A stretch of DNA of 64,000 nucleotides from NCBI GenBank assembly GCA_964398425.1, contig CAYNNB010000002.1:7511-71510 (forward strand), read 5' to 3'. The stretch is from an uncultured Flavobacterium sp. (lineage in GTDB: Bacteria > Bacteroidota > Bacteroidia > Flavobacteriales > Flavobacteriaceae). Each line of letters opens with the position of its first letter. The stretch's first letter is position 1. Below are positions 58,999-64,000 of this stretch, in pieces. The position numbers and the translations under genes were made by a program. The notes beneath the pieces were generated by a model that saw only the letters and a program-made list of their open reading frames with translations, had not been told where the DNA came from and did no database searches.

Positions 58999-59154
58999 GG
59001 TTTTAAGTATTTCAAACAAAGTTAACTTTAAATTAAATCCTATAAAAATTTATTTTTGTTTTTATATATAGTCTTAAAATGTATTATAAATAAATCCTAT
59101 ACTGTCATTCACAAACTTTTAACCATTCCTTTTTGCCTTTAATCTTTTTCAAAC

Positions 59155-59162
59155 TATCTTTG
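59155..59162 (+). promoter_or_regulatory. -7 promoter element for mrp
   Basis: TATCTTTG followed by CA, 39 bp before the ATG. Confidence 0.6.
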
Positions 59163-59201
59163 CATTTAAAATAAGTCTAAATAAAATATTCATATATACT
59201 T

Positions 59202-60335
59202 ATGAAACTTGATAGAAAAGAAATTTTAGCAGTGCTAGAAACTATTACTGTAGCTGGTGAAGGTAAAAACATGGTGGAAAGCGGTGCTATACAAAACGTA
59301 TTGACTTTTGGAGATGAAGTGGTAGTAGATGTAACTTTAAGTACTCCTGCACTTCATATAAAAAACAGAACTGAGAGTGATATTAAGAAAGTTATTGCTG
59401 AAAAATTCGGTTCAGATGTAAAAATTAAAGTGAATATTAAAGTTGAAGTTCCAGAAAAACAAGAGAATACAATTAAAGGTAAACCCATTCCTGGTATTTC
59501 TAATATTATTGCGGTATCTTCGGGAAAAGGTGGTGTTGGAAAGTCCACTATTACAGCTAATTTAGCAGTTTCTTTAGCTAAAATGGGCTTTAAAGTTGGG
59601 GTTTTAGATGCCGATATTTATGGTCCATCAATGCCTATTATGTTTGATGTGGAAACCGCTAAACCAATTTCTGTCGAAGTAGATGGGAAATCAAAAATGC
59701 AACCTATTCAGAGTTATGGTGTAGAAATTCTTTCTATTGGGTTTTTTACTAAACCTGATCAGGCTGTGATTTGGAGAGGTCCAATGGCTTCTAAAGCCCT
59801 AAATCAAATGATTTTTGATGCAAACTGGGGTGAAATTGATTTTATGCTGATTGATTTACCTCCTGGAACTGGCGATATACATTTATCAATCATGCAGTCT
59901 TTACCCATTACGGGTGCTGTAGTGGTTAGTACACCTCAGGCAGTTGCATTAGCGGATGCAAAAAAAGGAGTAGCAATGTTTATGTCTGATGCGGTACAAG
60001 TTCCTGTTTTAGGAATTGTAGAGAATATGGCTTATTTTACACCAGAAGAATTACCAAATAATAAATATTATATTTTTGGAAAAGAAGGAGCTCGTAATTT
60101 AGCTGAAGATTTAGATGTGCGAATGTTGGGTGAAATCCCATTGGTGCAAAGTATTCGTGAAGCTGGAGATTTTGGTCGACCAGCAGCACTACAAGAAGAT
60201 ACACCTTTAGCCAATGCTTTTGAAGAATTAGCTAGAAATGTTGTGGAAGAAACGGTTAAAAGAAATGATTCTCTTCCGCCTACCGAGGCAATTAAGATTA
60301 CAACAATGGCTGGTTGTTCAGCCGTGAAAAAATAA
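59202..60335 (+). CDS. mrp: Mrp/ApbC (NBP35-family) Fe-S carrier ATPase
   Basis: VSSGKGGVGKST, DADIYGPS, WRGPMA, DLPPGTGD and VENMAYF motifs. Confidence 0.93.
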   Translation: MKLDRKEILAVLETITVAGEGKNMVESGAIQNVLTFGDEVVVDVTLSTPALHIKNRTESDIKKVIAEKFGSDVKIKVNIKVEVPEKQENTIKGKPIPGISNIIAVSSGKGGVGKSTITANLAVSLAKMGFKVGVLDADIYGPSMPIMFDVETAKPISVEVDGKSKMQPIQSYGVEILSIGFFTKPDQAVIWRGPMASKALNQMIFDANWGEIDFMLIDLPPGTGDIHLSIMQSLPITGAVVVSTPQAVALADAKKGVAMFMSDAVQVPVLGIVENMAYFTPEELPNNKYYIFGKEGARNLAEDLDVRMLGEIPLVQSIREAGDFGRPAALQEDTPLANAFEELARNVVEETVKRNDSLPPTEAIKITTMAGCSAVKK

Positions 60336-60405
60336 ATCTCAAAATAGCTATACGTTGACAGAATTTTATTGACTATAGCTTTTTGAAAAATGAATTAATT
60401 AAACT

Positions 60406-60645
60406 ATGACTACAGTAGAAATTAGAGAAAATGTTGAAAAAGCATTAGACGAAATCAGACCGTTTTTAAACTCTGATGGAGGAAATATTTCTTTAGTGGA
60501 GATTATTGATGATAAACATGTTAAAGTTCGACTTGAAGGCGCTTGCACCTCTTGTAATTTAAGCATCAGTACCATGAAGGCAGGAGTGGAGACAACCATT
60601 AAGAAATATGTGCCGCAAATCGAAACAGTTGAAAATATTGCTTAG
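60406..60645 (+). CDS. NifU C-terminal/NfuA-like Fe-S carrier
   Basis: IRPFLNSDGGNI and RLEGACTSC (CxxC). Confidence 0.9.
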   Translation: MTTVEIRENVEKALDEIRPFLNSDGGNISLVEIIDDKHVKVRLEGACTSCNLSISTMKAGVETTIKKYVPQIETVENIA

Positions 60646-60722
60646 TAAATACCTCATGGTTGATATATGTCATATTTCAAATAAGAAATAGGTCTTTACT
60701 TTGTAATCTCAAATTCTAAATC

Positions 60723-61775
60723 ATGATTGAAACAGATATACTTATCATTGGAGCAGGTCCAACAGGGCTTTTTGCGGTTTTTGAAGCCGGATTATTGCAA
60801 TTAAAGTGTCATATTATTGATGCCTTACCCCAACCAGGAGGGCAGTTAGCTGAATTGTATCCTAAAAAACCTATATTCGATATTCCAGGTTATCCATCGG
60901 TTTTAGCTGGAGAATTAGTTGATAATTTAATGGAGCAAATCAAGCAATTTCAACCAGGTTTCACATTATCAGAAACAGCAGAAACAATTGATAAATTAGA
61001 AGATGGAACATTTGTGGTAACTACAAATAAAGGAACAAAACATCATGCTAAAGCTGTTGCCATTGCGGGTGGATTAGGAACTTTTGAACCAAGAAAGCCT
61101 GCTATTGAAAATATTGCTTTTTATGAAGAAAAAGGAGTAGAGTATTTTGTTAAAAACCCAGACCAATTCAAAGATAAAAATATTGTTATCGCTGGTGGTG
61201 GAGATTCAGCATTAGATTGGAGTGTATTTTTATCAAATGTTGCAAAATCAGTTACTTTGGTGCATAGGCGAAATGAATTTAGAGGAGCTTTAGATTCTGT
61301 TGAGAAAGTTCAAGAATTAAAAAAATTGGGTAAAATTAATTTGATTACCCCAGCTGAAGTTGTTGCCGTTCATGGCGAAAATCATGTTGAAGCAGTGACA
61401 TTAGATATAGATGGTGAGCATCAAAAAATAGAAACAGATTTCTTTATTCCTTTATTTGGTCTTACACCAAAGTTAGGTGCTATTGCTAATTGGGGATTAG
61501 AGATTGAAAAGAATGCAATTAAAGTAAATAATGCACTAGATTATCAGACCAATATTGAAGGCATCTATGCTATTGGTGATGTAAATATTTATCCAGGAAA
61601 ATTGAAATTAATTTTATGTGGTTTCCACGAAGCTACTCTAATGTGTCAAAGTGTTTATAATAGAATCAATCCAGGTAAACGTTATGTGTTAAAATACACT
61701 ACGGTTTCGGGTGTTGATGGTTTTGATGGAACTAGAAAAGAAGCAGAGAAAGCAGTAGTTAAAGCAATTGAATAA
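60723..61775 (+). CDS. Ferredoxin-NADP+ reductase, thioredoxin-reductase-like type
   Basis: IIGAGPTGL, LYPKKPIFDIPG, GGGDSALDW and YAIGD; no CxxC. Confidence 0.85.
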   Translation: MIETDILIIGAGPTGLFAVFEAGLLQLKCHIIDALPQPGGQLAELYPKKPIFDIPGYPSVLAGELVDNLMEQIKQFQPGFTLSETAETIDKLEDGTFVVTTNKGTKHHAKAVAIAGGLGTFEPRKPAIENIAFYEEKGVEYFVKNPDQFKDKNIVIAGGGDSALDWSVFLSNVAKSVTLVHRRNEFRGALDSVEKVQELKKLGKINLITPAEVVAVHGENHVEAVTLDIDGEHQKIETDFFIPLFGLTPKLGAIANWGLEIEKNAIKVNNALDYQTNIEGIYAIGDVNIYPGKLKLILCGFHEATLMCQSVYNRINPGKRYVLKYTTVSGVDGFDGTRKEAEKAVVKAIE

Positions 61776-61776
61776 T

Positions 61777-62109
61777 ATGGCTCAAGACGTAACAATTTTT
61801 ATTACAGATCGAAATGGCGAAAGGCACGAAGTACAAGCGCCAACTGACATGAACATGAATGTTATGGAGTTAATACGTTCATATGAATTAGCAGAAGAAG
61901 GAACATTAGGAATTTGCGGTGGTATGGCCATGTGTGCTTCATGTCAAGTTTATGTACTAAATGATGTAATTTCTTTGGAGAGAAATCCTGATGAAGAAGC
62001 AATGTTAGACGAGGCTTATCATGTAAAGGAAAATAGTCGATTAGGTTGTCAGATTCATATTTCTGAAGACTTAGAAGGCTTAGAAATTCAAATTGCGCCA
62101 GAACAATAA
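61777..62109 (+). CDS. [2Fe-2S] ferredoxin (adrenodoxin-type)
   Basis: CGGMAMCASC ... SRLGCQI. Confidence 0.92.
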   Translation: MAQDVTIFITDRNGERHEVQAPTDMNMNVMELIRSYELAEEGTLGICGGMAMCASCQVYVLNDVISLERNPDEEAMLDEAYHVKENSRLGCQIHISEDLEGLEIQIAPEQ

Positions 62110-62132
62110 ATACAATATATATAAATTTTCTT

Positions 62133-62167
62133 AAAAGTAACGAATTCTATTTTGTTACTTTTTTTTT
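62133..62167 (+). terminator. Intrinsic terminator after ferredoxin
   Basis: AAAAGTAAC ... GTTACTTTT plus a T-run. Confidence 0.7.
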
Positions 62168-62201
62168 GACCATTAATCAGATGGTTATTTTGAAGACATA
62201 T

Positions 62202-62223
62202 AATTTTAGATTAAACTAAAAAT
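62202..62223. promoter_or_regulatory. Candidate DtxR/MntR autoregulatory operator
   Basis: AATTTTAG-ATTAAA-CTAAAAAT, with the same TTTAG-N6-CTAAA core as at 48022-48037. Confidence 0.6.
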
Positions 62224-62275
62224 AATTTACAAGTATAATAATAAAAATATTTATTTTTGTTTAAATATTGTTTTT

Positions 62276-62923
62276 ATGACCACTTCAGAAGAGAATTACT
62301 TGAAAGCTATTTATCACTTAACACAGGTAATGCCTAAAGGTGTAAATACTAATGCAATTGCAGCTTCATTAGATACAAAAGCATCTTCCGTTACCGATAT
62401 GATAAAAAAACTAGCTGAAAAAGAGTTGGTTACTTATCAAAAGTACCAAGGTGTAAACTTAACGGAATTAGGAAAACTTTCAGCTAAAATGATTATTAGA
62501 AAACATCGCCTTTGGGAAGTGTTTTTGGTAGAAAAATTAGGTTTTACTTGGGATGAAGTCCATGAAGTAGCTGAAGAATTAGAACATATTCAGTCAGAAA
62601 AGTTGATAAATCAATTGGATCAGTTTTTGGGATTTCCAAGTTATGATCCTCATGGAGATCCAATTCCAAATGCAAAAGGGGAAATTCAACTAGAAAATAA
62701 ATGGTTATTGTCTGAGATAGAAGTTGGTCTCAAAGTAACCTGTATTGGTGTAAAAGATTCATCGGCTGATTTTTTGAAATATTTAGATAAGCAAAAAATT
62801 GCTTTAGGTACGACTTTACAATTACTAGAAAAGGAATCTTTTGATGGAACATTAAAGATTGGTATAGGAAACCAAGTCTTAGTTATTTCAGATAAAATTG
62901 CTAACAATTTATTTGTTAAATGA
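62276..62923 (+). CDS. DtxR/MntR-family metal-dependent repressor with C-terminal FeoA/SH3-like domain
   Basis: SEENYLKAIY, SSVTDMIKKL, RKHRLWEVFL, HEVAEELEH and DPHGDPIP motifs. Confidence 0.93.
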   Translation: MTTSEENYLKAIYHLTQVMPKGVNTNAIAASLDTKASSVTDMIKKLAEKELVTYQKYQGVNLTELGKLSAKMIIRKHRLWEVFLVEKLGFTWDEVHEVAEELEHIQSEKLINQLDQFLGFPSYDPHGDPIPNAKGEIQLENKWLLSEIEVGLKVTCIGVKDSSADFLKYLDKQKIALGTTLQLLEKESFDGTLKIGIGNQVLVISDKIANNLFVK

Positions 62924-62955
62924 TTACAATGTTTTTAATTAAAATAGATTAAATT

Positions 62956-63774
62956 ATGTTTGAAGAATTAATTGCCTATTTAGAAAGTACAGATCCTGTG
63001 TGGGCGGCATTAATGGCCACCACATTTACATGGTTTGTTACAGCTGCAGGAGCGTCGTTTGTTTTCTTTTTTAAAACAATGAACCGAACGGTTTTAGATG
63101 GAATGCTAGGTTTTACAGGTGGAGTTATGGTAGCAGCTAGCTATTGGAGTTTACTTTCGCCTGCCATAGAAATGAGTAAAGGTGAAGGGTTTGAAAAAGT
63201 GATGCCCGCTGCTATTGGTTTTCTATTAGGTGCTTTGTTTTTGTTTGCTTTAGATAAAACTTTACCTCACTTACATATAAACTTTAAAGAAACAGAAGGA
63301 ATGAAATCGCCTTGGCAAAGGACTACTTTATTAGTTTTAGCCATTACTTTGCATAATATTCCAGAAGGTTTAGCGGTAGGTGTTTTGTTTGGAGGGGTAG
63401 CAGCTGGAATTCCTGAGGCATCTATTGCTGGTGCAGTAACCTTAGCCATTGGAATAGGAATTCAAAACTTTCCTGAAGGAATAGCCGTATCTATGCCGTT
63501 AAGGCGAATGGGGATGAGTAGAAGAAAAAGTTTTATGTACGGACAATCCTCTGCTTTGGTAGAACCCATAGCTGGAGTTTTAGGAGCTGTAGCCGTAACA
63601 TTTTTTACACCAATTTTACCCTATGCACTTGCCTTTGCAGCCGGAGCAATGATTTTTGTGGTAGTAGAAGAAGTGATTCCAGAAACTCAACAAGACAAAA
63701 ATACTGATATTGCCACTTTAGGTTTCATAGGTGGATTTATAGTAATGATGAGTTTAGATGTAGCTTTAGGATAA
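62956..63774 (+). CDS. ZIP (GufA/ZupT-like) divalent metal transporter
   Basis: AITLHNIPEGLAVG, IQNFPEG, EPIAG and GAMIFVVVEE motifs. Confidence 0.92.
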   Translation: MFEELIAYLESTDPVWAALMATTFTWFVTAAGASFVFFFKTMNRTVLDGMLGFTGGVMVAASYWSLLSPAIEMSKGEGFEKVMPAAIGFLLGALFLFALDKTLPHLHINFKETEGMKSPWQRTTLLVLAITLHNIPEGLAVGVLFGGVAAGIPEASIAGAVTLAIGIGIQNFPEGIAVSMPLRRMGMSRRKSFMYGQSSALVEPIAGVLGAVAVTFFTPILPYALAFAAGAMIFVVVEEVIPETQQDKNTDIATLGFIGGFIVMMSLDVALG

Positions 63775-63775
63775 A

Positions 63776-64000
63776 ATGAAAAAAATCAGTCTTTTTTTAC
63801 TACTACTCATATTGGTTTCATGTAAATCAATACAAGAGGAAAAAACAAGTTTTGAAGTAACTTCAAAAAAAGAAGTCTTTTTTAATGATTATGCTTTTGA
63901 AATTACTAAAATAGACTCCGATTCAAGATGTCCAGAAGGGACGAATTGTATTTGGGCGGGTGAATTAGTTGTTGAAGTAAGTGTATGGCAAAAAAATAAG
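63776..64000 (+). CDS. Lipoprotein, N-terminal part (runs off the window edge)
   Basis: Not in the ORF track. Manual translation gives MKKISLFLLLLILVSCKSIQ...IDSDSRCPEGTNCIWAGE, a lipobox plus a disulfide motif. Confidence 0.7.
   Translation, partial: MKKISLFLLLLILVSCKSIQEEKTSFEVTSKKEVFFNDYAFEITKIDSDSRCPEGTNCIWAGELVVEVSVWQKNK

Noticed and set aside
60346-60380. AGCTATA...TATAGCT inverted repeat between mrp and nifU
   Set aside because: 7-bp arms with weak inner pairing; it cannot be told apart from an ordinary intercistronic hairpin.

Overview
Low-GC chromosomal window from a Bacteroidota bacterium, most likely a Flavobacterium. That assignment is inferred from TAnnTTTG -7 promoter elements, type IX secretion (T9SS) C-terminal sorting domains and the gene content. 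It is mostly core genome: recX (partial), frr, pyrH, truB, uppP, ftsX, leuS, hemD, pyrC, asnS, rpoN, tRNA-Ser(GGA), ansA, tatD, pckA, gdhA, lspA, trmB and mrp-nifU-FNR-ferredoxin. It also carries a CzcA-type RND efflux locus with a fused TolC domain, two TonB-dependent receptors, a PhoP/PhoR-like two-component pair and a DtxR/MntR regulator with a ZIP transporter. I saw no CRISPR array, prophage, integrase or intact transposase. The most interesting signals are regulatory or at small-repeat scale. (1) A probably leaderless 127-aa upstream ORF with a hydrophobic N-terminus, a His-rich core and a C-terminal IWQPP motif is followed by competing hairpins just before czcA; it is a candidate metal-sensing ribosome-arrest switch. 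(2) A signal-peptide-like linker lies inside the CzcA-TolC fusion. (3) Two matching TTTAG-N6-CTAAA operators link the DtxR/MntR gene to a distant TonB receptor. (4) 11-bp-periodic GTTAA-like boxes lie around the PhoP/R-TonB receptor-lipoprotein locus. (5) Sigma-54-type -24/-12 elements occur, one paired with a TGACA-N3-TGTCA palindrome. (6) Two different repeat types (a 7-mer array and a REP-like palindrome) sit in frame inside the essential leuS gene, and related heptamer hairpins lie between genes. All functional assignments come from reading motifs by eye; no database searches were run.
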